From NCBI RefSeq assembly GCF_006345805.1, contig NC_043023.1, positions 992,001 to 1,056,000 of the forward strand: a stretch of DNA of 64,000 nucleotides, written 5' to 3'. Shown here piece after piece: positions 1 through 10,769 of the stretch (positions are counted from its first letter, which is position 1; every line of letters begins with the position of its first letter). This stretch comes from Octopus sinensis (lineage: Eukaryota). Made by a program: the position numbers and the translations under genes. The notes beneath the pieces were generated by a model. The model saw nothing but the letters and a program-made list of their open reading frames with translations, ran no database searches and was not told where the DNA came from.

Positions 1-100
1 GTCGGCAGTAAAGAAATACGAAACTGAAAGAAGCCCGTTGTATATAGGGATTTCTAGACTGGTGTTTTCGGGCAATTACAGGCCCTGTTAGTATATATTC

Positions 101-297
101 TTCTATTTGTTTCAGTCATTGGACTGCGTCCATGCTGGAGCAATGCTTTTATTTGAACAAATTGACCCCAGGACTTATTCTTTGTAAGCCCAGTATTTAT
201 TGCATTGGTCTCTTTTGCTGAACCACTAAGTTACGAGGACGTAAACACACCAACATCAGTTGTCAAGTGATGGGGAGGGGGGACAAACACTGACGCA
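101..297 (-). mobile_element. SINE family A, 3' half
   Basis: Reverse complement of the family A tail (ctccagcatgg..cag(t)c-aat-gactgaaacaa) and body (gttgacaac..ggtgtgtttacgtcc). Confidence 0.85.
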
Positions 298-305
298 CAT
301 ATATA

Positions 306-468
306 GGCGCAGGAGTGGCTGTGTGGTAAGTAGCTTGCTAACCAACCACATGGTTCCGGGTTCAGTCACACTGCGTGGCACCTTGGGCAAGTGTCTTCTG
401 CTATAGCCCCGGGCCGACCAATGCCTTGTGAGTGGATTTGGTAGACGGAAACTGAAAGAAGCCCGTCG
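306..468 (+). mobile_element. SINE family A, tRNA-derived head plus CORE-like region
   Basis: ggcgcaggagtggctgtgtggtaag (A box), ggttcagtc (B box), then cttgggcaagtgtcttct..gtgagtggatttggtagacggaaactgaaagaagccc. The head recurs more than 20 times in the window. Confidence 0.9.
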
Positions 469-469
469 T

Positions 470-738
470 AAGAGTATATATATATATATACATACATATA
501 TATATAAACATACATATATATACATACATACATTATATACATACATATATATACATACATACATATATACATACATATACATACATATATATATATACAT
601 ACATATATATAAACATACAAGAATATATATATATATATATATATACCAATTATACACACATACACATATATATACATACATATATATATATACATACATA
701 TATATAAACATACATAGATATATATACATATAGCATAC

Positions 739-769
<31 letters not shown>

Positions 770-830
770 TATACACATACACATATATATACATACATAT
801 ATACACATACATATAGATATATATATATAC
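470..830. repeat. (TA)n/(TACA)n compound microsatellite
   Basis: Alternating purine-pyrimidine run. Confidence 0.95.
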
Positions 831-905
831 AGTGGGCTTCTTTCAGTTTCCATCTACCACATATGCCCGTCATTTGTAAGCATGACAGGCTTTCTACCAT
901 CATAC

Positions 906-996
906 CAAAGTATTCCTTTGAATGTTTCCTTTCAAGAAACTTTATTTTCCCCAGCAAGAACTGTAGGTTGTTGATGTCATAAAAATATTTCATAAA
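906..996 (-). CDS. candidate coding exon, product unknown ([31 protein letters not shown])
   Basis: Acceptor tcatgtcctcttaaaag, donor TTG|gtatga, one open frame in non-repetitive DNA. No family recognised. Confidence 0.2.
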
Positions 997-1844
997 CTTT
1001 TAAGAGGACATGAAACAAATCTCATTTATTTAATAACAATATTTTTATTTCTGAATAAAGGAAAAATAAGAAACTCATACAAAACAACAGCATCTCCATC
1101 CCTGCAATTATAAAATTGAAAAACAAAAAAAATAAAATAAATAAAATACAAGGACAAAACTAGCAATAAATTTGAGGTGTTGTGGTGTTGATGCTGGTAT
1201 AGTTGGATAACGGAGCTTGTGTAAAGAGCATTTAAAGATTTTGATGGGTTTTCAATTACACACCGGGTCACTCAGGAACTGTTAGGGAAGTGCATGAACT
1301 GATACATAAACACACATATATACACACATATATATACACACCCACACATACATACATGTATATATATATACACACATAAATGCATATATATAAACACACA
1401 CACACACAGAGAAACACATATATATATATATACACACAAACATACATGTGTGTATGTGTATATATTTATATATATACATACACACGTGCACAAACAAACT
1501 TATTAAATATATATCTCTATACACAGATGTAAAGTAGATCAGTAATCTTCTTCTGTGACATCTTCAACAAGACTTTCAGCTCCACTTCTGCTTCAAACCA
1601 GTCATGCTCTGCGTCTACTCTATCTCGCATGAACGTGCGAGATTCACATTAAACGTCCCTTTGACCAGGGTGTCAGCAAACATTGGTGACAGCTAGAATG
1701 AGAGAAAAGGGACTTTGTTAATATTTGACCCTTATGATCCAAATCCCCTTCAGACCATCCCTGCTTCATTATTCCAAGGTCCCTCTTTGAAAATCTTCCT
1801 TCATAATTTCATAATTCTAAACACTTAATTAATAATACCCTTTT

Positions 1845-2215
1845 ACTCTTTTACTTGTTTCAGTCATTTGACTGCGGCCATTTAGTCGAGCAAATCTACC
1901 CCGGGACTTATTCTTTGTAAGCCCAGTACTTATTCTATCAGTCTCTTTTGCCGAACCGCTAAGTAACGGGGATATAAACACACCAGCATCAGTTGTCAAG
2001 CAATGCTAGGGGGACAGAAACACAAATACATATATATATATATACATTTATACGACGGGCTTCTTTCAGTTTCCGTCTACCAAATCTACTCACAAGGCTT
2101 TGGTCAGCCCGAGGCTATAGTAGAAGACACTTGCCCAAGGTACCATGCAGTGGGACTGAGCCTGGAACCATGTGATTAGTAAACAAGCTACTTACCACAC
2201 AGCCACTCCTGCGCC
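1845..2215 (-). mobile_element. SINE family A, full length
   Basis: Head, CORE-like region, internal (TA)n and the ..gactgaaacaagtaaaagag tail are all present. Confidence 0.92.
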
Positions 2216-2224
2216 TAATAACGA

Positions 2225-2998
2225 AGTTATTTTGCTAAAATCTTCCTTATTTTCAAAATTATTTGCAACCAAAACAGTGAATTTCAACAGAAATATGGTA
2301 AAAATAAAAGGGTGAAGAATCGTCCAAATAAAAACCATCCTTCAAAATTTCCTCTTAACTTATGCCCCAAATATTGGCTTAATAAAGGACAAAGTTATTT
2401 CACAAAATTCTTCGTTACTTTAAAAATTATTGAAAATAAAGACAAAGTTATTTTATCAAATCTATATAAATAATCTAGTTGTTCGTTTGCTCGTTATACT
2501 TGAGTTTAGAGAGGAGGGGTAATGTGAGTAGAGAGGAATATAATAATACACTAAGGCCAAATGAAACACATCGTCAGGTGATGAGTGATTGGAAAACGGT
2601 GAGAGAAAAGTGGGAGAGAGAAGTGTTAATGATGTGTTGTAGGTTGAGGTGGGGAAAGGTGAAGAGAAAGAGAGATATGAAACTGGGAATTTGGGAATTA
2701 CATGGTTAAAGTGTTTGTTGAAGAGGCAAATGAGAGAGAGAGAAATATAAAGAGCTTAGCAGGGGGAAATTTTGAAAATCACAGAATATTTTATTGTGAC
2801 TGGAAATGAAGTAACTTATGAAAAAACAAATAATCGTTTCTTTCTTTCTTAAATAGCTTTTCTCAGTCTTTTTCATTCTGTGGAATTTCCACAGCTCCCA
2901 CTTGTTCCACATTATTTTTCAAAATTATTGAAAAAAAGGCAGCATATTTCAGCAAAATATGTTAACAAAAGGGTTAAAGTGATCAAACAAAAAAAACT
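2225..2998. repeat. degenerate repeat with internal direct repeats, ending ..aaaagggttaa (possible piggyBac-like end)
   Basis: ttttcaaaattatt..atttca.caaaatatg.taa.aaaagggt occurs at about 2247-2312 and 2915-2998; aaagttatttt recurs. Confidence 0.3.
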
Positions 2999-3234
2999 TT
3001 CCATCAAAATTTTATACATTTAAAGTGGAAAATACCAAATTAGGAATGCCAAAATTCTTTTATTAAATTCATCCAAACAAATGCAGTGTATAGAAGGGTG
3101 CAAGTGATCTAAATTAAAACATTTCGTTTGAAAAAATATATTCTTTCATTCTTTTACGTGTCTCAGTGATTTGAGTGCAGCCATACTGGAGCACACACAA
3201 AGATTTGGTCAAAGAAATTGAACCCAAGACTTAT

Positions 3235-3790
3235 GTATACATATATATATATGTGTGTATATATACATATATATATATCTATACACGTGTATATATATAT
3301 CTAAACACGTATATACCTATATATATAATATATATATATGTATACATAAGTATATATATATATACATATGTATACATATATATATACACATGTATACATA
3401 TATATATATACACATATGTATACAAATGTATACATATATATATACAAATGTATACATATATATGTATACATATACATATAAATGTATACATATGTATATA
3501 TGTATACATATACATATATATATGTATACATATGTATATATATATATATGTATACATATGTGTATATATATATGTATATATATGTATATATATATATATG
3601 TATACATATGTATATATTATATATATATATATGTATATATATGTATATATATATATGTATATATATGTATGTATATGTATATATATATATGTATACATAT
3701 GTATATGTATACATATATATAAATATGTATAAATATGTATACATATGTATGTATATACATATACACACATATATATACACGTATATATAC
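3235..3790. repeat. (TA)n/(TATG)n compound microsatellite
   Basis: Direct reading. Confidence 0.95.
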
Positions 3791-4998
3791 AAGTAAAAGG
3801 CAGACTGTATGATGCATGTGTACGTACAGCCATGCTACATGGTAGCGAAACTTGGGCTGTGACTGCTGAGGATTTACATAAGCTCGCAAGAAATGAAGCT
3901 AGTATGCTCCGTTGGATGTGTAATGTCAGTATTCATAATCGACAGAGTGTAAGTACCTTGAGAGAAAAGTTGGGCCTAAGAGGCATCAGATGTTGTGTGC
4001 AAGAGAGACGATTGCGCTGGTATGGTCATGTGGCGAGAATGGACGAAGATAGGTGTGTGAAAAAGTGCCACACCCTGGCAGTTGAGGGGACCTGGGGAGA
4101 GGTAGACCCAGGAAAACTGGTCAAGGTGGTGAAGCACGACCTTCGAACTCTAGGTCTCACCAAGGAAATGACCAGAGACCGAGACCTGTGGAAGTATGCT
4201 GTGCGTGAGAAGACCGGCAAGACCAGTGAGAACAATCGTCCGCTGCCAGCCTCGTCTGGCACCCGTGTCGATGATACGTAAAAGCACCGTCGTTCGTGGC
4301 CGTTTGCCAGCTCTGTCTGGCCCCGTGCCGGTGACACGTAAAAGCACCATCCGCTTGTGTTCGTTGCCAGCCTCGGCTGGCCTCCGTGCCGGTGACACGT
4401 GAAAGCACCATCCGTTCGTGTTTGTTGCCAACCTTGGCTGGGCCCCGTGCCGGTGACACGTAAAAGCACCGTCCGTTCGTGGCCGTTTGCCAGCTCTGTC
4501 TGGCCCCGTGTCGGTGACACGTAAATACACCATCCGCTCGTGTTCGTTGCCAGCCTCGGCTGGCCCCCATGCCGGTGACACGTAAAAGCACCATCCGTTC
4601 GTGTTCGTTACTAGCTTCGGCTGGCCCCCGTGCCGGTGACACGTAAAAGCACTGTCCGTTCGTGGCCGTTTGCCAGTTCTGTCTGGCCCCGTGTCGGTGA
4701 CACGTAAATACACCATCCGCTCGTGTTCGTTGCCAGCCTCAGCTGGCCCCCGTGCCGGTGACACGTAAAAGCACCATCCGTTCGTGGCCGTTGTGCCAGC
4801 TCTGTCTGGCACCTGTGCAGGTGGCACATAAAAAGCACCCACTACACTCGCGGAGTGGTTGGCGTTAGGAAGGGCATCCAGCCGTAGAAACACTGCCAAA
4901 TCTGACTGGGCCTGATGAAGCCTTCCGGCTTCACAGACCCCAGTAGAACCGTCCAACCCATGCTAGCATGGAAAACGGACGCTAAACGATGATGATGA
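3791..4998 (+). mobile_element. 5'-truncated RTE-clade LINE: ORF C-terminus, tandem-repeat 3' UTR, (GAT)n tail
   Basis: [53 protein letters not shown] is an RTE RT C-terminus. It ends ggcgttaggaagggcatccagccgtagaaa..ggacgctaaacgatgatgatg. Confidence 0.88.
4241..4840 (+). repeat. ~61-bp tandem array, about 10 units, with A-B-B higher-order structure
   Basis: acgtaaaagcacc anchors recur about every 61 bp from ~4276 to ~4826, with two unit types. Confidence 0.9.
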
Positions 4999-5039
4999 TG
5001 ATGTTTATACATATATGTATACATATATATAGATATGCA

Positions 5040-5335
5040 TACATGTGTACACGTGTATACATATGTATACACCTGTATACACGTGTGTATACGTGTATAC
5101 ACGTGTTCACATGTATACACATGTGTATACGTGTATACACGTGTTCACATGTATACACGTATACACGTGTATAAATATGTGTACACGTGTATACATATTT
5201 ATACACGTGTATACATGTATACGCGTGTATACACATGCATACGCGTGCATACACGTCTATAAACATGTATATGTGTGTATACACATGTACACCCGTGTAT
5301 ACATATGTATACATGTATATACGTGTATACATGTG
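5040..5335. repeat. palindromic purine-pyrimidine minisatellite (gtgtatacac / tatacacgtgtata)
   Basis: Repeated self-complementary units containing CACGTG. Confidence 0.85.
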
Positions 5336-5337
5336 CA

Positions 5338-6060
5338 TGTTGCTAAATTGGCAATGAAATGTAGGCGGCTGACCGGATGGATTCTTAGAACCTTTAGAAC
5401 AAGTGACTAGGAAACTATGATGGTCCTCTGGAGGGCACTTATCCTAAGCCACTTTGACTCTTGCTCTCAGCTGTGGTCACCAACCAGTGTCAAATTAATC
5501 TCAGAACTTGAGGCAATCCAACAAAGCTACACTAAGAAGATAGCCTCTATGCAGCATATAAGCTATTGGGAAAGACTCAAGAGATTAAGACTCTATTCCT
5601 TAGAGTGTAGGCGAGAAAGATATGCCATAATATACATCTGGAAGAACCTGGTAGGACTTGTCACAAACTTTGGCATCGAGACTTACAGAAATTCTAGAAC
5701 TGGGTGCCACTGCATAGTGCTAAGGACTCCAAATTTGCCATCACGATATAGGACAAGATACTGCAATAACCTGGGCTTCAGAGGTCCACAACCGTTCAAT
5801 ATCCTCCCAAAGGACCTGACTGACCTGCATGGGGTGGATGTAGGTGTCTTCAAATTAAATTTGGACCTCTTACTGTCAAGTGTCCCTGATGAGCCAACTT
5901 CACAGCAGGAGGTGCAGATGAGGGCAGCTGCATCAAAGTCCCTCATGCACCAAATGGCAATTGCTAAAAAGCATTTGCGAAGTAAAATTATGTAGCACAC
6001 CAAATGACGGTGCCCCAGCATGGCCACAGCTTGTGAGCTGCAACTAGATATTAAAAAAAT
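5338..6060 (+). mobile_element. 5'-truncated CR1-clade LINE (RT C-terminus plus 3' UTR)
   Basis: WILRTF..LWRALILSHFDSCSQLWSP..LEAIQQSYTKKI..SYWERLKRLRLYSLECRRERYAIIYIWK is the CR1/L2 signature, with an in-frame stop at ~5408. Confidence 0.9.
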
Positions 6061-6420
6061 ACATGTATGTATATGTGTGTATATATATATATATTCATGC
6101 ATATATATATACATACATACATATATATATATACATATACATACACACATATATATACACATACACACACACATACATATACATACACACATATTTACAT
6201 ATATATACATACACACATATGTACATATATATATACATACACACATATTTACATGTATATATATACATAGACACATATTTACATATATATATATACATAC
6301 ACACATATTTACATATATATATATATATATATATATACATACTAACATACACACACACATATATATACATACACACACACATATATATATATACATACAC
6401 ACGCACACACATATATATAT
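6060..6420. repeat. (TA/CA)n microsatellite
   Basis: Direct reading. Confidence 0.95.
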
Positions 6421-6421
6421 A

Positions 6422-6835
6422 CTAGCAGTGTAGCCCGGCTTTGCTCGGGTTTGTTTTTTAGTTGCGCTTAAAACAGCAGGCTTTGATGTCACATTCACAA
6501 AGTTTTGAAAAAGTTTCAATCATTTTTGAAAAGTAAAAATTTTGCATTACGTAGCTTGTTATTCTCTTTTGGTGAACATTTTTCTGGTTGAAATACACAA
6601 AAATGGTGACACAGCAGTCAAAAAATTGTAAAAAATAGGGATTTTCATAGAAAAAAAGCACCATTTTGAAGTAAATAATTTTTGGTGTTAACATGGTCTG
6701 ATTTGAAGGAAGAGCAAGCCTCCTTCTATCATACTCTCAATTTTGGTCAACTTGCGCGGCAGGGTCTTGGAGGAGATAGTTAAATGCTACGAAACTTGCC
6801 ACACACACACACAACTTCAGCTTTATATATATAGA
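6422..6835 (-). mobile_element. non-autonomous Helitron
   Basis: On the minus strand A|TCTATATAT.. with hairpin cccgagcaaagccggg, then ctacactgCTAG|T: canonical 5' TC, 3' hairpin plus CTRR, and AT target. Second copy at 20876-21262. Confidence 0.85.
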
Positions 6836-6870
6836 TATATATATACACACACACACATTTATATATATAT

Positions 6871-7169
6871 CACCATGACCGACCAGGCTATCATATGTTG
6901 CTACACATCGCTGGTCACAATGCGCTTCCCATTGTTTTAGCCTTCAAATGACGCCACCCCGCTGGCTAAGCGAGCAGGCCAACAGAAGAAAGAGTGAGAG
7001 AAAGAGTGGCGAAAGAGTACAGCAGGGATTGCCACCACCCCCTGCCGGAGCGTCGTGGAGCTTTAGGTGTTTTTGCTCGATAAACACTCACAATGCCCGG
7101 TCTGGGAATCGAAACCGCGATCCTACAACCGCGAGTCCGCTGCCCTAACCACTGGGCCATTGCACCTCC
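6871..7169 (-). mobile_element. SINE family D (tRNA head, RTE-derived tail)
   Basis: Head tggcccagtggttagg (A box) and ggtttcgattccc (B box); the tail matches the RTE 3' end at 13694-13752. Confidence 0.88.
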
Positions 7170-7175
7170 TCATAT

Positions 7176-7377
7176 ACTCTTTTACTTGTTTCAGTCATTT
7201 GACTGCGGCCATGCTGGAGCACCGCCTTTAGTCGAGCAAATCAACCCCGGGACTTATTCTTTGTAAGCCCAGTACTTATTCTATCGGTCGCTTTTGCCGA
7301 ACCGCTAAGTGACGGGGACGTAAACACACCAGCACTGGTCGTCAAGCAATGCTAGGGGGACAAACACAGACACACAA

Positions 7378-7422
<45 letters not shown>

Positions 7423-7587
7423 TACGACAGGCTTCTTTCAGTTTCCGTCTACCAAATCCACTCACAAGGCATTGGTCGGCCCGGGGCTATAGCAGAAGAC
7501 ACTTGCCCAAGATGCCACGCAGTGGGACTGAACCCGGAACCATGTGGTTGGTTAGCAAGCTACTTACCACACAGCCACTCCTGCGCC
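7176..7587 (-). mobile_element. SINE family A, full length
   Basis: Near-consensus copy. Confidence 0.93.
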
Positions 7588-8039
7588 TATATATGTATGT
7601 ATATATATGACAGGCTTCTTTCAGTTTCTGTAGCTGTATTGTTCATTATCAGTTGCAGTGGTGGTGTTGGTGGGTCGGGCTGGTGCTAATAGTTATGGGG
7701 TTGGTGTCAGTGGTGGCAATGTTGTAGTGTTGGCAGTGGTGGTAGTGCCAATGACAGAATGGTGAAGCAAGTTGCTGTGGCACAAGATTGAAACACCAAA
7801 CCCATGCCAACAAAGCGAACTTCTCTACCACTGCAACCATGACAGGGGTTTACTATATCAGGCCCGATATGGCACCACACAACGTCATCAACAACAATAG
7901 CCGTTACCACTCCACCACCCACTCTCCACCTAGCTCTCACCCACCCACCCACCCATCCCACACCAAATCTCCCACCCTACCCCTACCTCACAAAACAACA
8001 GTAGTATGATGCTGTGATGTTTGAATTTTAATTAAAACT

Positions 8040-8409
8040 GAATTAATTTAGAATTTGTTGTAATCAAGGCAAATGTTTGTGTTGTAGTAGTAGTGGTGGT
8101 GGTAATGATTGTAGAAGTGATAGTGGTAGTGGTTGCAGTGGTGTTAGTTGTTGTAGCGCAGGTGGTGATAATGGTGACGGTTTTGGTGGTCGTAGTGGTG
8201 TTGGCAGTAGTTGTAGCAGTCATGGTAGTAATGACGATGGTGTTGGTGGTAGAGGTTGTAGTTGGAGATGGTGGTAGTAGTGATTGTAGTAGCAACAGTG
8301 GTGTTAGCATTGGTATGCTGTTAGTGCTAGTATTAGTAGTGGTGATGGTAGTAGTAGTAGTGGTGGTGGTGGTAGTGGTGGTGGTGGTAGTAGTAGAAGT
8401 GGTGGTGAC

Positions 8410-8458
<49 letters not shown>

Positions 8459-8580
8459 ATAGTGGTGGTGATGTCACAAGTGCTATAAATGTAAGGATCT
8501 GATATAGTTCTTGTAGTTACCATTAGCGATGGTGATGATGATGATGATGGTAGTGATGAGGATGATGATGACAATGTTGC
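8040..8580. repeat. mixed triplet repeat (GTA/GTG/GAT)n
   Basis: Direct reading. Confidence 0.9.
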
Positions 8581-8941
8581 TAAGGTTACCGGCTCCTTGT
8601 TACGGGTATGAACCTCTTTTACAAGGGTGGCTGATGTCAGGTACAAGATTGCATCATGTAGGGCCTTGGGCGGTTATGGTGGAGGGGAGGGGCAGAGGGG
8701 GAAGACAACCTGGGCTGAGAAAGGATGAGCAAACAGGGAGTGGTGGGGAGGAAGGATTAACAATGCACAAACAAGCGATCTATTGTGTTATCCGAGATGT
8801 AAACATTACATAACTGCAACAACACTAACAGCAACAACATGAGACAAAACAAGGAATACCTCTAGGTGGACACTTGCTATGCTAGAAATAGCAGCCAAAT
8901 CTCCCATAAATCACAGCCTAAAGTCTTATGTATGTATATAT

Positions 8942-9330
8942 GCGCAGGAGTGGCTGTGTGGTAAGTAGCTTGCTTACCAACCACATGGTTCCGGGTTCAG
9001 TCCCACTGCGTGGCATCATGGGCAAGTGTCTTCTGCTATAGCCCCGGGCCGACCAATGCCTTGTGAGTGGATTTGGTAGACGGAAACTGAAAGAAGCCTG
9101 TCATATATATGTATATATATACTATATATGTGTGTGTGTGTTTGTCCCCCTAGCATTGCTTGACAACCGATGCTGGTGTGTTTACGTCCCCGTCACTTAG
9201 CGGTTGGGCAAAAAGAGACCGATAGAATAAGTACTGGGCTTACAAAGAATAAGTCCCGGGATCGATTTGCTCGACTAAAGGCGGTGCTCCAGCATGGCCG
9301 GAGTCAAATGACTGAAACAAGTAAAAGAGT
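8942..9330 (+). mobile_element. SINE family A, full length
   Basis: Near-consensus copy. Confidence 0.93.
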
Positions 9331-9446
9331 ATGTATGTATGAGCCAACGAGGGAGGCATCTAAATGGTAGCTGGCACTGTTAGAAATAACAGCCAAATCT
9401 CCATCAAATCCCATCCTACTGTCTTGTGTATGTATGAGGCAATGTA

Positions 9447-9629
9447 GGTGCAGGTGTGACTGTGTGGCAAGAAGCTTGCTTCCCAACCCACATGGTTCAG
9501 GGTTCAATCCCAATTTGGTCCCTTGGGCAAGTGTCTTCTACTATAGCCTCAGGCCGACCAAAGCCTTGTGACTACTGGATTTGGTAGACGGAAACTGAAA
9601 GAAGCTCATCATATATATTATATATATTT

Positions 9630-9660
<31 letters not shown>

Positions 9661-10300
9661 CACACTTTGAATAATATATATCCCTCTATACTCAATCATA
9701 CAAACCCCTTTTTTATTTATATATATATATATATTTGTGTGTCAGTGTTTGTCTCCCCCCTCCCATGTTGACAACCAATGCTGGTGTGTTTATGTCCCTG
9801 TAACTTAGTGGTTCAGCAAAAGAGACCGATTGAATAAGTACTAGGCTTACAAAGAATAAGTCCTGGAGTCGATTTCTTCGACTAACACCCTTTGAGGTGG
9901 GACTCCAGCCTGGTCACAGTCAAATGACTGAAACAAGTAAAAGAATAAAAGAATATGTATGTATGAGCCAATGAGAGTGATTAAGAAGAAAAAGAATGTG
10001 TAGTGGCTGTGTGGTAAGAAGCTTGCTTCCCAACCATATGGTTCTGGGTTCAGTCCCACTGGGAAAGTGTCTCCTACTATAGTCTCTGGATGACCAAAGT
10101 CTTGTGATTGGATTTGGTAAACCGAAACTGAAAGAAGCCCACCATATATATAATATATGTATTTGTGTGTCTGTGTTTGTCCCCCACCACCATCGCTTGA
10201 CAACCGATGTTGGTGTGTTTATGCCCCAGTAACTTAGCGGTTTGGCACAAAAGACCGATAGACTAAGTACTAGGCTTACAAAGAATAAGTCCTTGGGTCA
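9447..10300 (+). mobile_element. two diverged SINE family A copies
   Basis: Heads at ~9447 and ~10001, with bodies and tails recognisable. Confidence 0.85.
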
Positions 10301-10311
10301 ATCTTATTTCT

Positions 10312-10537
10312 TTACTGCCCAAAAGGGGCTACACACAGAGGGGACAAACAAGGACAGACATACAGATTAAGTCAATTATATCGACCCCAGTGCGTAACTG
10401 GTACTTATTTAATCGACCCTGAAAGCATGAAAGGCAAAGTCAACCTTGGCGGAATTTGAACTCAGAACATACCAGGAGACAAAATACCGCTAAACATTTC
10501 GCCCGGTGTGCTAACATTTCTGCTAGCTTGCCACCTT
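10312..10537 (-). mobile_element. SINE family B (central domain resembling Meta/MESC)
   Basis: Minus strand: ctgagttcaaattccgccaagg (B box), ttgactttgcctttcatgctttcagggtcgattaaataagtacc. The domain name is from recall. Confidence 0.85.
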
Positions 10538-10769
10538 TCTGATTATAGATCAATCTGTCTGATTAAAGGCAGTGCTCCAGCATGGCCACAGTCAAATGAC
10601 TGAAACAAGTGAAAGAGTTGTGGCCAAAATGCTTGGATCATTTTTTTGAAAATCAGAATTGTTATACCCAAGTACAATTAGATTCAAATACATACAACAT
10701 ATATATTTGGGCATTAAATAGAAAAAATCTAATTTTCAGACCTATGTTCCAAATTTTTGGCCACGTCTG

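Noticed and set aside
4241-4840. CRISPR-like appearance of the 61-bp and ~100-bp arrays
   Set aside because: No unique spacers, eukaryotic context and no cas genes; these are tandem repeats.
4905-4945. CTGATGA followed by hairpin agcc-ttcc-ggct (possible hammerhead)
   Set aside because: No GAAA follows stem II, and sister copies read ctggtgca, so the core is not conserved.
7095-7169. tRNA-like sequences at SINE heads (families A-D)
   Set aside because: A and B boxes are present but there is no complete cloverleaf, and each continues into a SINE body; they are not tRNA genes.
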